A DNA stretch of 63,415 bases, the filler included, from Octopus bimaculoides (lineage: Eukaryota): the NCBI RefSeq assembly GCF_001194135.2. It is 6 parts of 6 records of this genome, joined end to end, with 100 filler letters (N's around TTAATTAATTAA, not from the genome) between each part and the next. Parts side by side here need not be neighbours in the genome. Positions count along the whole stretch, not along the records: positions 7,954 to 25,878 come from NC_069002.1; 5 more parts are not named here. One strand, 5' to 3'. The notes beneath the pieces are model-generated. The model was not told the origin of the DNA and did not search any database. It saw only the letters and a list, made by a program, of their open reading frames with translations. The translations under genes were made by a program, and so were the position numbers. This document shows, one piece after another, positions 12,169 to 24,196 of the stretch. How positions within the stretch are numbered: position 1 is the first letter of the stretch; each line of letters starts with the position of its first letter.

Positions 12169-13357
12169 GCTCGAAATGAGGAGTAGATAGACAGCTGACA
12201 ATTGAAGGGTCGTTCTTTATGTTACTTGTCCTGTTTTCCATTTGTTTCTCTCGTTGTTTGTGTATTGAACTCATTTGTTTTCGTATTTCATGTTTTTTAC
12301 TGTTGGTGACGTCCTGTACCCATATCTGCATGTGTGTGTGTGTGTANNNNNNNNNNNNNNNNNNNNNNNNNNNNNNNNNNNNNNNNNNNNNNNNNNNNNN
12401 NNNNNNNNNNNNNNNNNNNNNNNNNNNNNNNNNNNNNNNNNNNNNNNNNNNNNNNNNNNNNNNNNNNNNNNNNNNNNNNNNNNNNNNNNNNNNNNNNNNN
12501 NNNNNNNNNNNNNNNNNNNNNNNNNNNNNNNNNNNNNNNNNNNNNNNNNNNNNNNNNNNNNNNNNNNNNNNNNNNNNNNNNNNNNNNNNNNNNNNNNNNN
12601 NNNNNNNNNNNNNNNNNNNNNNNNNNNNNNNNNNAGAAATTCAACAATGAAAAACAGGAGGAAGAAGAAGAATAGAGAAATGTAAAAATTTCTCACGACT
12701 GTTTTGAGGTTTTGCTTCCATTTTCTTTTCCCCTTTTTCTAATCAAAAACATTAAAACAAATTTACGACTACTTACCAGCATTTCCAATTAGCCTTGCTT
12801 TTTTAACTGAAAGAAAGAAAGAAAGAAAGAGAAATATGAGAAAATATAAACGAAAAAGAACATAATAGGTAGGAACTATACAAAGGCGAGACGGGTTTAA
12901 GATTTAAAGAATTTTAATTTGTATACGTATTCAGAGCTCTTTCTGTGTGTGCACGCATTTCTCCACGAGATGACTATATGTGTGCATGAGTGTGTGTATA
13001 ATTATATTCGTAAATTTATATATATATATATTTAAATATAAGGCGGCCAGCTGCCAAAATCGTTAGCACGCCGGGCAAAATGCTTAGCGGCATTTCGTCT
13101 GTCTTACGTTCTGAGTTCATATGCTTTTTTTACATTTTAAGCAAATAAAAACTACGTTTTATAGAGACTTCTTTCATAATTCCTATTTTGTTTTCCACAC
13201 GTCCGATAGCGGGCTTTGAGAGGACATATTTCAGTAGCCGAAATAATTTTCCGCCGCATAAACACTTTTAAATTTCAAAACAACATCAAGTAGAAGTCAT
13301 TTGTGCAAAGAATGTTCAAATATTTCATCCATCTTCCTTGTCCATTATTCCTGGAAG

Positions 13358-13632
13358 CAGGGCCGGCGCTAGGAAGTGAGGGGCCCAGTCAGAGAGTTGA
13401 CCGTGAGACCTTCTCTTCTACAAAAGCTGAAGATTGGTGTTTTATGCATCGTGTAATACACCAGTCCCAGCCAAAAACGTGTTGAGGGCTTGAGGCTCCA
13501 CCCTTAGTCACAATGATACACCAAACATGTATCATAGCGTCCTTCGCTTGAACGTGTGCGCGGGGCCCTCTTGAACGTGTGGGCGAGACCCAATTTGAAC
13601 AAATCTGTCTAATTAGCTTACAACCGGCTCTG
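13358..13632. mobile_element. hAT-like MITE
   Basis: Ends CAGGGCCGG...CCGGCTCTG; flanks ctggaag/ctggagg resemble a decayed target-site duplication. Confidence 0.5.
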
Positions 13633-13679
13633 CTGGAGGGCCGTGGGAATAGAGTCCTCAGGCACCTCCTCCACAAGGC

Positions 13680-13985
13680 CCTATCAGAAGCAATCGTTAC
13701 GAGACTTTCCGCTTAGGCGTCCAGGCGTGACCAACTGAGACTATGGATATAATATCCAATTATCTCGTTCTTGGTCTGACCCCAGATCTCCTGCCAAGAA
13801 TTCTCACGATTCTTTTCTGTGACATTCTAATCACATGTCCGAGGTACCAGATCTGTGATCTCTCAATCCGAAGGAGTAGCGGCTCAACTTGGAGAGACAC
13901 TCTGATCTTCGAGCTAAACATCCTGTTGAGTAACGTTACTCCATATCCCCTTCGGAAGAACTCCATTTCATAAATTAATACCCTC
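13680..13985 (-). mobile_element. RTE-clade LINE, ORF2 C-terminal fragment
   Basis: EMEFFRRGYGVTLLNRMFSSKIRVSLQVEPLLLRIERSQIWYLGHVIRM...RPRTR* matches the RTE post-RT motif (EMxFLR...EPLLLRIERSQLRWLGHV...GRPRTRW). Confidence 0.85.
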
Positions 13986-14943
13986 AAATAACCGGTTGCC
14001 AGTTGTCATGAAGTGAAGGATAAAACCGATCTGCAATTTGCTACTGGTCTTGAAATAAAGAATACCAAAACAATAGCTTTGTTTTGTGGGAAATGAATAT
14101 AAATGGTATGTAAAATTCAATTTGCAAGGAATTACGTTGATTTCTATTTCCTTTTGTCTTTACGTTTTCTAAGTGAATATTTGTTTCTTTTGCGGGTTGT
14201 CAATTTTTTGACCGTCAGTTGAAACAGGTGGTTGCAATGAAAAACAAGACGTTAAATCATTCATATTCACGTAGGGAATTCAACAGACACAAAAAAAAAA
14301 AAAAAAAAAANNNNNNNNNNNNNNNNNNNNNNNNNNNNNNNNNNNNNNNNNNNNNNNNNNNNNNNNNNNNNNNNNNNNNNNNNNNNNNNNNNNNNNNNNN
14401 NNNNNNNNNNNNNNNNNNNNNNNNNNNNNNNNNNNNNNNNNNNNNNNNNNNNNNNNNNNNNNNNNNNNNNNNNNNNNNNNNNNNNNNNNNNNNNNNNNNN
14501 NNNNNNNNNNNNNNNNNNNNNNNNNNNNNNNNNNNNNNNNNNNNNNNNNNNNNNNNNNNNNNNNNNNNNNNNNNNNNNNNNNNNNNNNNNNNNNNNNNNN
14601 NNNNNNNNNNNNNNNNNNNNNNNNNNNNNNNNNNNNNNNNNNNNNNNNNNNNNNNNNNNNNNNNNNNNNNNNNNGGGGGGGGGGTGTAGACGTTAAATTT
14701 TTTTTTTTTTTTTAGGCTTTTTCTCCCCAGTTGTTTTGAAATGTAATATTTTAAAAAATGGGAAAACTCCGCCAAAAACTGATAAAATCCAACTTATGGG
14801 AGGACAGCTATTATGTCTTCCATTCTTAGAAACATTGAGAAGATAGAAGTCAAGAAGTTATGTAAATCTTGGTAGATATAATTACAAATTAGTGTCTCCT
14901 TTTGACTTTGTGCTTTCCTCATAACTTTCTAAACCCTTCTTTG

Positions 14944-15356
14944 CCTGTCCAAAGTATTTTCAGAACTTTATCCTGAGCATTCGTGATTGTTTCTCAGACT
15001 TTTTAGTTAGCCCTTCTTTCATACGGTCTGAGTAATATAAAGCTTTCTTTTCAAAAGTCCCAAGTTGTTCTAGTGATTGAAAACAATTGGGAATGTGTAT
15101 CATATAGGATGCATGAACGCCCAGGGAAATATTTCTTGCGTGTCACATACGATATGCAGGACAAGCCTGTCCAAAGTGTGTTCGTAACTTTGTCCTAAAC
15201 GTCCATGCCTGCTTTCAGATTTTTAGTTAGGCCTGGTTTCATAAATCCCAAGTTATTCTTTAGTGACTGAAACAAATGGGGATGTGCATCATATGTGATG
15301 CATGGACACTAGGGCAAGGGAAAATATGTCTTGTACCACATGATATTCAGGACAGG
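14944..15356. repeat. Degenerate two-unit tandem duplication (~220 and ~190 bp)
   Basis: Both units start CCTGTCCAAAGT and share TCAGA-TTTTTAGTTAG, TCCCAAGTT, AGTGA-TGAAA and GATAT-CAGGACA. Confidence 0.7.
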
Positions 15357-15624
15357 CAAACGGTCAATAATGCATATTTGTGTTTGAAATTTGACTGAGG
15401 CACATTTTCACAGGTGTAGATAAGTGGTTCCCAAACTGAGGTAAATTGATCTCCAAGAGTAAATTTCGCCGATCTGGAAGGGTAAATTTCCTGATTCTGG
15501 GTTAGTACGCAATATTGAGGTGAGAAAGGGCAATTATAAATTTAAAATTTAAAAAAAAAACGTCGAGAAGAAATTTTGTGGTTGGTCCATCTTATACAAA
15601 ATTACTAATTTCTTTTTCTTTCAC

Positions 15625-15945
15625 TTTGGGGGTTGATAAATTAAGTACCAGCTGCGTACTGGGGTCGATCTAATCGACTGGCCCCCGCCCCCAAAATTTC
15701 GGGCCTTGTGCCTAGAGTAGAAAAGAATATTATTTTCTACTATAGGTACAGGGCTTGAAATTTAGGGGAAGGGGGTCTAGTCGGTTACATAGACCCCAGT
15801 GATCAATTTGTACTTAATTTATTGACCCCGAAAGGATGAAATACAAAGCTGACCTTGACGGAATTTGAACTCAGAACGTAAAGACCGAAGAAATGCCGCT
15901 AAGCATTTCGCCCGTCGTGCTAACGATTCTGCCAGCTCACCGCTT
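15625..15945. mobile_element. Two SINE family B copies joined tail-to-tail
   Basis: Plus-strand tail 15625-15728 is immediately followed by a minus-strand copy at 15733-15945. Confidence 0.85.
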
Positions 15946-16511
15946 TGTCAGCGCCTNNNNNNNNNNNNNNNNNNNNNNNNNNNNNNNNNNNNNNNNNNNN
16001 NNNNNNNNNNNNNNNNNNNNNNNNNNNNNNNNNNNNNNNNNNNNNNNNNNNNNNNNNNNNNNNNNNNNNNNNNNNNNNNNNNNNNNNNNNNNNNNNNNNN
16101 NNNNNNNNNNNNNNNNNNNNNNNNNNNNNNNNNNNNNNNNNNNNNNNNNNNNNNNNNNNNNNNTTTAACCATTCATTAACTCGCATACGATCATTGAAAA
16201 AAAATCTATGTACATTATTATCTTGATTGATTTTATTCATTACCAACATAAAATTGGTAGGCATGATGTAAAAAGAAAAAAAAAACAAAAATGAAAAAAG
16301 AAGAGAAAAGAGAAAGAAAATCCGAGTTTACGTTACAATACAAATCGAAAGTATTCACTCATAAAAGCGCTAACGAACTTGGCTTACGACAATACAAGAT
16401 CGAAGTATTCTTGATGGTATCCTGCAATGCGCCCCGATTCCTTTTTCTTATTACACATCATTATGTCGTGCAACGATCACGAGAAAGTTGAATGGTTGAA
16501 AATGTATGGAC

Positions 16512-16762
16512 TGTTTCTCTTTTACTCGTTTCAGTCATTTGACTGTGGTCATGCTGGAGCACCGCCTTTTTTAGTCGAGCAAATCGAACCCCAGGACTTA
16601 TTCTTTTGTAAGCCTTGTACTTATTCTATCGGTCTCTTTTTCCCGAACCGCTAATTTACGGGGACGTAAACACACCAGCATTGGTTGTCAAGCGATGTTG
16701 GGGGCGGGGGACAAACACAGACGCACAAACACATACACACACATACATACACACACATACAT

Positions 16763-16800
<38 letters not shown>
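16512..16800 (-). mobile_element. SINE family A, 3' half
   Basis: Tail motifs plus (CA/TA)n. Confidence 0.85.
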
Positions 16801-16807
<7 letters not shown>

Positions 16808-17199
16808 CAAAAATAAGAGGTATGACCAGCAAAAGTGGACTCCTATATGCCAGAAATAGATGCCGAATCATCTAACCACGAAAAATATGTTCTCAGTAAA
16901 ACTTTAGCGACACAACAGACCGTAAAAGGGCAAGACAAAGGAAAAAATACTAAATAAAAAAACTATTAACCTACGTACCATGGTTTCACCTGTTAAAATT
17001 TACATAAGTAAATATCTGCAGGATCATCAGCGTAGTCTGTCGATTTGAAATATAATTTCCAGAACTAGACAATATACGTCCACCCGAAAGGGAGCACGTG
17101 TAGAGTTCTACAAATTACATTCAGTGTATCCCTTCAAATGTCTTCAATCTGGCGCGCTAAGTCCGGANNNNNNNNNNATGCTTCTTTAATTTTTTAATC

Positions 17200-17275
17200 A
17201 AGTATGTGGCGTAGTGGTTAAGAGCGCGGGCTACTAACCCCAAGATTCCGAGTTCGATTCCAAGCAGTGACGTAA
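17200..17275 (+). mobile_element. tRNA-like SINE head (pseudo-tRNA, ACT loop)
   Basis: GTGGCGTAGTGGTTAAG A-box, GCGGG-CTACTAA-CCCC arm and GAGTTCGATTC B-box. The acceptor stem does not pair, so it is not a functional tRNA. Confidence 0.65.
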
Positions 17276-17384
17276 ATAATAAGGAATTTCTTTGTTCTAA
17301 ATCCCATCAACATAATCGTAATCTAAGCCTCCAAGAAGTAATTACTGTAAAAAATCGATTTAAAAACAATGCTGACGCATGAGT

Positions 17385-17712
17385 CGTGTTCAGAGGTTTG
17401 CTTCCCGACGATGATGTCTTGAGTTCAGTCCCACTGCGGGACACCTTGGGCAAGTGTCTTCTACTGTAGCCCCAGGCTGACCAAAGCCTTATTAGGGGAT
17501 TTGGTAGACGAAAACTGAAAGACGCCAGTCTTTCTCTTTGACGACCGCTGTTGGTTTGTTTACGACCCCGTGATTACATAGATCGGCATAAGGGTCCGAT
17601 TAAATAAGTACCAGGCTTTAAAAAACATTCTGGGTGTCGATTTGTTCGACTAAACTCTTCTAGACGGTGCCCCAGCATGGTCACAGTCCAATTACTGAAA
17701 CAAGTAAAAGGT
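17385..17712 (+). mobile_element. SINE family A, diverged copy
   Basis: Head and tail motifs; central microsatellite absent. Confidence 0.8.
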
Positions 17713-17800
17713 ATGAGTAACCAAAAACGAGGTGAACTAAACTGTAGTTATATACCGGCGCTCCTTCGATACTGGTCTACAAAATGTCGGTGTGAAGAGA

Positions 17801-17874
17801 TGACGTCATTCACTCTCATCCTCGGCCTAGCCCCTTCATCTTTGTCATGAGAGAAAAGTGTGTGAATGACGTCA
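17801..17874. promoter_or_regulatory. Pair of perfect CRE palindromes (TGACGTCA) inside an imperfect inverted repeat
   Basis: TGACGTCA at 17801-17808 and 17867-17874. Function is unproven; they may be MITE termini. Confidence 0.3.
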
Positions 17875-17955
17875 TGTACCAATATCGAAGGATTGCCGTT
17901 AGACCTCTCGATAATTAGTCAGTTTGAATGTGTTGAGCACTTAGAGAAACATCAA

Positions 17956-18115
17956 GAGGCGTGGCTGTGTGGTAAGACACTTACTTCCTAACCACATGGT
18001 TCCAGATTCAATCCCACTGCATGGCACCTTGAGCAAATATCTTCTACTCATAGCCTCGGGCTGACTAAAGCCTTGTGAGTGGAATTGGGAGACGGAAACT
18101 GAAAAAATCCCGCCG

Positions 18116-18193
<78 letters not shown>

Positions 18194-18565
18194 TATACGA
18201 AGGTCTTCTTTCAGTTTCCGTCTACAAAATCTACTCACAAGTCTTTCGTTGGCCCAAGACTATAGTAAAAGACACTTGCCCAAGGTGCCACGCAGTAGGA
18301 CTGAACCTAGAACCATGTGGTTGGTAACCAAGTATATATCTATGTATGTATGACTTTGTGTCTGTGTTTGTTCTCACCACCACTTGATGGTGAGTTTACG
18401 TCCCCATAACTTACCAGTTCGGCAAAATAAACTGATAGAATATGTACTAGGCTTTAATAATTAAAAAAAAAAAAAAGAAGTTCTAAGGTCGATTTGTTCG
18501 ATTAAAATTCCTCCAAGGCGGTGCCCCCCAGCAAATGACTGAAACAAGCAACAGCTAAAAGATAA
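17956..18565. mobile_element. SINE family A composite: plus head, (AT)n, minus head, plus tail
   Basis: Head + at 17956-18117, (AT)n at 18118-18197, head - at 18198-18330, tail + at 18352-18565. Confidence 0.85.
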
Positions 18566-19095
18566 ACAGGCAACAAAAATTAAAATAATAAGCTTTAAAC
18601 ACTTCTCTACCACCGTCTGGTCGCATTATTCTAAAAGGAAGAGAATGGACGGCGAGAGGAGGGAACAAGAAGTATAAAGGAAAGAGATTGTTGGGCGAGA
18701 GAGTGATATGTAGAGAGTGAAGTGTGAGCTGTGAGGGAAAGGAACAGAAAGAAGAAGGTTGGGGTGGCGTGTCTAATTACATAAGGTAGCGTTACTAAGG
18801 GAGAAAAGTATTTGGTGTGACATGTTGCGGGGTGGAGGGGCCGATGGTGTTTTCTGAGTTATCTAATCGTTTCCGATTTTGCAAACTGACTATTAAAACC
18901 TACAAAATCAGAAACGATTATATATCTATATATATATATATAATGTATATTATACAAACACATACATATGCGAGTGTGTGTATATATGTGTGTGTATACA
19001 CAGACAGAGTCAAGCCTATAAAATTGGAAACTATTAAACAATTCACGTTATATACATATGTATACAATGCTATGTATACACAAAAACATATATAC

Positions 19096-19125
<30 letters not shown>

Positions 19126-19126
<1 letters not shown>

Positions 19127-19288
19127 GGTGTGGCTGTCTGATAAAAATGTTTGATTCACAACCACATGGTCCTGGGTTCAGTCCCACTGTGTGGCACCTT
19201 GGGCAAGTGTCTTCTACTACAGCCTTGGGCTGACCAAAGTCTTGGTGAGTGGATTTGGTAGACGGAAACTGAAAGAAGCCCATTGTAT
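19126..19288 (+). mobile_element. SINE family A, 5' half
   Basis: Head motif followed by (AT/GT)n. Confidence 0.85.
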
Positions 19289-19293
19289 ATATA

Positions 19294-19336
<43 letters not shown>

Positions 19337-19394
19337 CTATGCATGTGTGTCTTTGTGTCTGTGTTCGAGTAGACTTAATACTTGACCAACTCAA

Positions 19395-19730
19395 TACCCC
19401 TCCTCTCTAATAACTGCCTTGCAATAGAAATTGTCTCACTCATTCCTCTTCCTGGCCTAAATCCAAAACCAGAATTTCATCGGTCTTAACTTTCATCTTC
19501 TCCTCCAACACACTTTCCAAATACTTTCTTTCAAAACTTCCAGGAACTCAATTGCTTTGAATGTGTCACAATCCAAGAGTCACTTCTCTCTTTTGAACAG
19601 AAGAATGAGAGTATTTTCACTTCCAGACCACCGAAATATCATCTCGTTGCACCACCAACTTGAAGATCTCAGTCCTTTTCTTCAGTCTGCAAATCCTTGC
19701 TGCCCTAATCCTGTGCCTGTCTGGGTTATC
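19395..19730 (-). mobile_element. RTE LINE reverse-transcriptase fragment, highly decayed
   Basis: KAIEFLEVLK... and GFGFRPGRGMSETISIARQLLE resemble the RTE motif QFGFxPGRGTxDAIFIxRQL. Confidence 0.65.
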
Positions 19731-19880
19731 ACATGTGATGCACAGGATATAATTCCCTGGTATCCTTACATCACTTATGATACGCATTACCAATTTCTTT
19801 TTTCATCTCCTCGAAAAACATGGGACTTATAAAAGGAAAGCTTTATATTACACATAACTTATGAAACGAATGCAAACTAG

Positions 19881-20282
19881 GCGCAGGAGTGGCTGTGTGG
19901 TAAGTAGCTTGCTTACCAACTACATGGTTTCGGGTTCAGTCCCACTGCGTGGCACCTTGGGCAAGTGTCTTCTACTATAGCCTTGGGCCGACCAAAGCCT
20001 TGTGAGTGGATTTGGTAGACGGAAACTGAAAGAAGCCCGTCGTATATATGTGTATATATGAATGTGTGTGTATGTTTGCGTGTCTGTGTTTGTCCCCCCA
20101 ACATCGCTTGACAACCGATGCTGGTGTGTTTACATCCCCGTAACTTAGCGGTTCGGCAAAAGAGACCGATAGAATTAGTACTAGGCTTACAAAGAATAAG
20201 TCCTGGGGTCGATTTGCTCGACTAAAGGTGGTGCTCCAGCATGGCCGCAGTCAAATGACTCAAACAAGTAAATGAGTAAAAG
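19881..20282 (+). mobile_element. SINE family A, full length, young copy
   Basis: Complete head, central repeat and tail, with CpGs retained; the best local consensus. Confidence 0.95.
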
Positions 20283-21054
20283 TTTGAAAACCAACACAGA
20301 TGTTCAGGACAAACTCATGAAAATAATTTGAACAGGCAATGGGGGTAACCCTTTGCCTATTCAATATATCTGTACAACATATCTTCCATGACCCCCTTCT
20401 GGCCTTTCTACTTCTGCTTTCTTATTACTTTTATTACCCTCTCTTCTTTCATCTCCCCTCTTGATTATCATCTTCTCTTCTATTCAGCTTCTCGGTCATA
20501 TTTACCTTGGAAGAATGGAAGTGACACAGAGAAGAGAGGAACCTTTAGTCATGCAGAGACAAGGCAGGTTCTTCTGTGCCGATGCCATGATAAAATGCAT
20601 TCAGTAGACTCTTTAAAATGGCTGGTTAACAAACAGAGGTTACAGAGGAGTCCTCAGTTATGTAGAGAACAAGGCAGGCTCTACTGGGTCAATGCCATGA
20701 CAAAATGCACCTAGTACACTTTGTAAAATGGTTGCAGAACACAACTGAGACGGCCCACAGATGATAAAATTCTTTATTGGTGTTGAGGGAGGATATTATA
20801 GCTTCTTGAGTGCTGGTACCATGCTGAAATGAACCCAGCAGGTTCTATAAAGTGAATGGAGTTAGGAAGAATATGAAGCTATTGAAGCCATGCCAAAGAT
20901 GGAAATGACAATCAGGATGTGGTCTTCGAAGCCAACTAGGAGAGCAGTAACTCAGAATGAAAACTAACTTAGATCATGATGGGCCCCTTCAACCCATGGT
21001 AGCATGGAAACGGACCATGAAATAATGATTTTATGTGTGTGTGTCAGTGTGTGA

Positions 21055-21340
21055 AGGAGCATGGCTTAGTGGTTAGGGTGTTGCACTCACGATTGCGAAA
21101 TCATGGGTTCAATTCCCAGACTGGGCCTGCATTGTGTTCTTGAGCAAAGCACTTCATTTCATGTTGCTCTGTGAATATTTCAACATCTGACATATGGCAC
21201 CCAGTTGCACCTGTACAGGTAATGTTGATTTGATGGAGGGAGTGAGCTTATGTCTACACAAACATTTGATCATTATAAAACAAATCCTCTGTGTGGTTGT
21301 TCGGTAAGAAATTGTCAAACCCTTGCACATCGTCCAACAA
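21055..21340 (+). mobile_element. tRNA-derived CORE-type SINE family C
   Basis: TGGCTTAGTGGTTAG A-box, GGGTTCAATTCC B-box and TGTGTTCTTGAGCAAAGCACTT core; the body also occurs reversed at ~29690-29790. Confidence 0.75.
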
Positions 21341-21496
21341 TGGGAGAGTCCATCATATATATATAGTGAACCACATATCAGGTGTTGGAGTGATTGTAGT
21401 GTAACATGCTCAGGGACATGCCACACCGCCCAGTTTGGGAATTGAAATCTCGATCAGATGATTGTGAGGGCAATGCTCTAACCACTAGGCCAATTT

Positions 21497-21690
21497 GCTT
21501 ACTCTTTTATGGATTTCAGTCAATGGACTGTGGCCATGCTGTAGCACTGCTCTGGATTCAAATTCACCCCCAGTACTTATTTTGAAGTGTGGTGCTTATT
21601 TTTATCAGACTCTCTTTGCCAAACTGCTAAGTTACATGGACGTAGCAAACTGTCACCAGTTGTCAAACAGTGAGAGACAAACACAAAGAT
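21497..21690 (-). mobile_element. SINE family A, 3' half, decayed
   Basis: Tail motifs. Confidence 0.7.
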
Positions 21691-21859
21691 GCTAACATGC
21701 ATGGCTAACATGCAAATATACGCAGACTGGTTAGAATGTTTCCAAACTTTGCTCGGTGCCATCCACATGGTTTGTAATTCAGCAATTCATCACATTCCAC
21801 AGCAACCAGAGGAAACAGAATCAAGCAGGATTTGAACACTACAAGAGAGTGTCGAGGGC

Positions 21860-22060
21860 ACAGAACTGCTGAGAAGGGTAAAGGTACCAAGAGTTGATGG
21901 ATTCCCAGAAGAAGCTTCCAAGAAGGGAGTTCCAGCACTGTACACCAAACGCCATGAATTATCTGTCTGCTTGGAACAAAGGAAGATGTCACAGGGCCTC
22001 TGTGATGCAGTCATTATAATTCTATACAAGAATGGGTGGTGAGATGGCAGAATCACCAGT
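21860..22060 (+). mobile_element. RTE-BovB-like LINE RT N-terminal fragment
   Basis: KVPRVDGFPEEASKKGVPALYTKRHEL...LCDAVIIILYKNG resembles KAPGxDGIPAE...LRDAVIITLYKNKG. Confidence 0.75.
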
Positions 22061-22324
22061 GCACCAGACACAGTATTCAGTGGCATTCCTTCCAATTCTT
22101 CACATTCTGTGTTCAAATCCTAATTAGGTCAACTTTGACTTTTATCCATTTTTGAGGATCTGATCAAAGATTCTTCAACTATAAAAAGTACGAGAAAACT
22201 CTTCAAATATAATAAAGTGGAAGTATTCAAAAATAAACATTATCTTCCATCTTACTGTTAGTTTTGATTCATTTTGAAAAACAATTTTTTATTTTATGGT
22301 TTATTATTGTTTTTATATTTTCGA

Positions 22325-22700
22325 AATCGTGATGGCACCTGTGCCCAGTGTCACCTTTCTGGCACTTGTGCCCGCGGCATGTGTAAGGACTTTTGAGCAA
22401 GATCGTTGCCAGTGCCCCTGGACTGGCTCTTGTGCGGGTGGCACATAAAATACACCATTTTGAGCGTGGCCATTGCCAGTACTGCCTGACTGGCCTTCGT
22501 GCTGGTGGCACATAAAAGCACCCACAACACTCTCGGAGTGGTTGGCGTTTAGGAAGGGCATCCAGCTGTAGAAACTCTGCCAAATCAGATTGGAGCCTGA
22601 TGTTGACATCTGGTTTCACCAGTCCTCAGTCAAATCATCCAACTCATGCTAGCATGGAAAGTGGACGTTAAACGATGATGATGATGATGATGATGATGAT
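22325..22700 (+). mobile_element. RTE-3'-tail repeat (family D) with ~65-bp internal subrepeats
   Basis: GGAAGGGCATCCAGCTGTAGAAAC block and GCATGGAAAGTGGACGTTAAACGATGATGATG terminus; the same terminus follows RTE coding sequence at 25985-26375. Confidence 0.8.
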
Positions 22701-22769
22701 ATATGGGGGCGCCAATATCTTTTAAGTGCTTAGGGCCTCTATGGGTGTTAGTCCAGCCCTGTCTTCACT

Positions 22770-23150
22770 GCTAATTGGATCACCTTGATAACAGAAGATA
22801 TCATCTACTCCTAGGGAACTTCCGAGGCATTTGACTGAATCTATTTTCCTAAGTATTTTCAGCGCTTATTTATAAGTCCTACATACTTGCCCATCATTCT
22901 ATTGTGAGTCCAAAGTTTGCACTAAGAATACAGTATGAAATTCATGCCTAATCTTTTCCTATATATCAAGCAGAGCCACACATAACGTCTTATCTGTTTT
23001 CTTTACTAACTCATTAATCTTTGCTAAGTTTACTTTGAAGCCCTTTAGTTCCAGGTTTTGCTTCCATGTCTGGGATTTCTTCTCTAATACTACCACAGAT
23101 CCAACTATAAGAACTATGTCATCATCAAGAGTTTTCGCTGGTGTCTAATC
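22770..23150 (-). mobile_element. RTE LINE RT (YADD region) fragment
   Basis: LDDDIVLIVGSVVVLEKKSQTWKQNLELKGFKVNLAK resembles ADDxxLIAESxxELExKFQxWKQNLESKGLxVNLAKT. Confidence 0.75.
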
Positions 23151-23909
23151 TGAACTGATCCAGTTAAGGCCTGGAGACAGACAGAGAGTTTGGGGCAAGG
23201 TGATGAGAAAGAGGAATATGTGATGAGAGAAAGAGATTAAATATTATTTGGAAGTGGAAGTGGATTAACAGATTAGATATGTTGGGAATGGGAGTATGGA
23301 AAAGACAGCAGAGGGAAAGGGGGAAAGGTGAGAGTAGTGTTAGGGGGTTAGTGGGAAAGAGAGAGGGACAGGGTAATAAGGGTCATGGTGCAGGTGGATT
23401 AGAAGGATCAGATGATGGGTTACATTATACAGGTGAATATGGGCGGGGTTGGCGGTGAGTCAAAGGAAACGTGACAGAAAGAAGGGTATGATGGGAACAA
23501 CGATCCAGACAGGATGTGGGAGACCCATAAGTTATATATGTGTGTGTGACAAGAAGTTTGCTTCCCAACCAAATGGTTCCATGTCCACATGGTTCCGGTT
23601 TTGGTGTCTTCATCCCTGTAACTTAGTGGTCCAGCAAAAGAGACCAACAGAACAAATACCAAGCTTCAAAAAATAAAAGTACTGGGTGTCAATTCATTAG
23701 ACAAGTAACTTTGCAAGGTGGTGTGGTTGCCCCAGCATGGCTGCACTCCAGCGACTGAAACAAGTAAACTATATGACACACAACAGGCAGCCACTCCTAC
23801 CAAAATTCTTACTATAAATTCTTGCTATGACCTTAAACGATACTAAGTCCAACCACACACACACACACATAAACAGCCACAACCACACACACACACACGT
23901 GCTATCATT

Positions 23910-23940
<31 letters not shown>

Positions 23941-24196
23941 CACACACAGACCTGCACACACGTACATACCCACACATGCCTCCTTCTCTTGCAATCTCCT
24001 GTCTTTGAAAGAACTTTTTCTTCACCCATTCCCTTCCGGTCATTTCAATATGTGTATCGTTGGCAATTTTCTTTCTCCGTCTTCCCTTCTTAGGACTTTT
24101 CCTATATTTCTGATGCAGATCTCCGCTCGAAACATGAAATCCTCTTTCTTTTCTTTCCTTTCCTGAGCGTCCAATAACACTGTACTTATTCCATGT

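Noticed and set aside
15421-15560. hAT-like terminus AGTGGTTCCCAAACT
   Set aside because: No matching opposite end found.
16328-16411. Two ~27-bp direct repeats with a spacer (CRISPR-like)
   Set aside because: Only two imperfect units in a eukaryotic context, with no cas genes.
17200-17275. tRNA-Ser(ACT)-like gene
   Set aside because: Acceptor and T stems do not pair; it is a SINE head.
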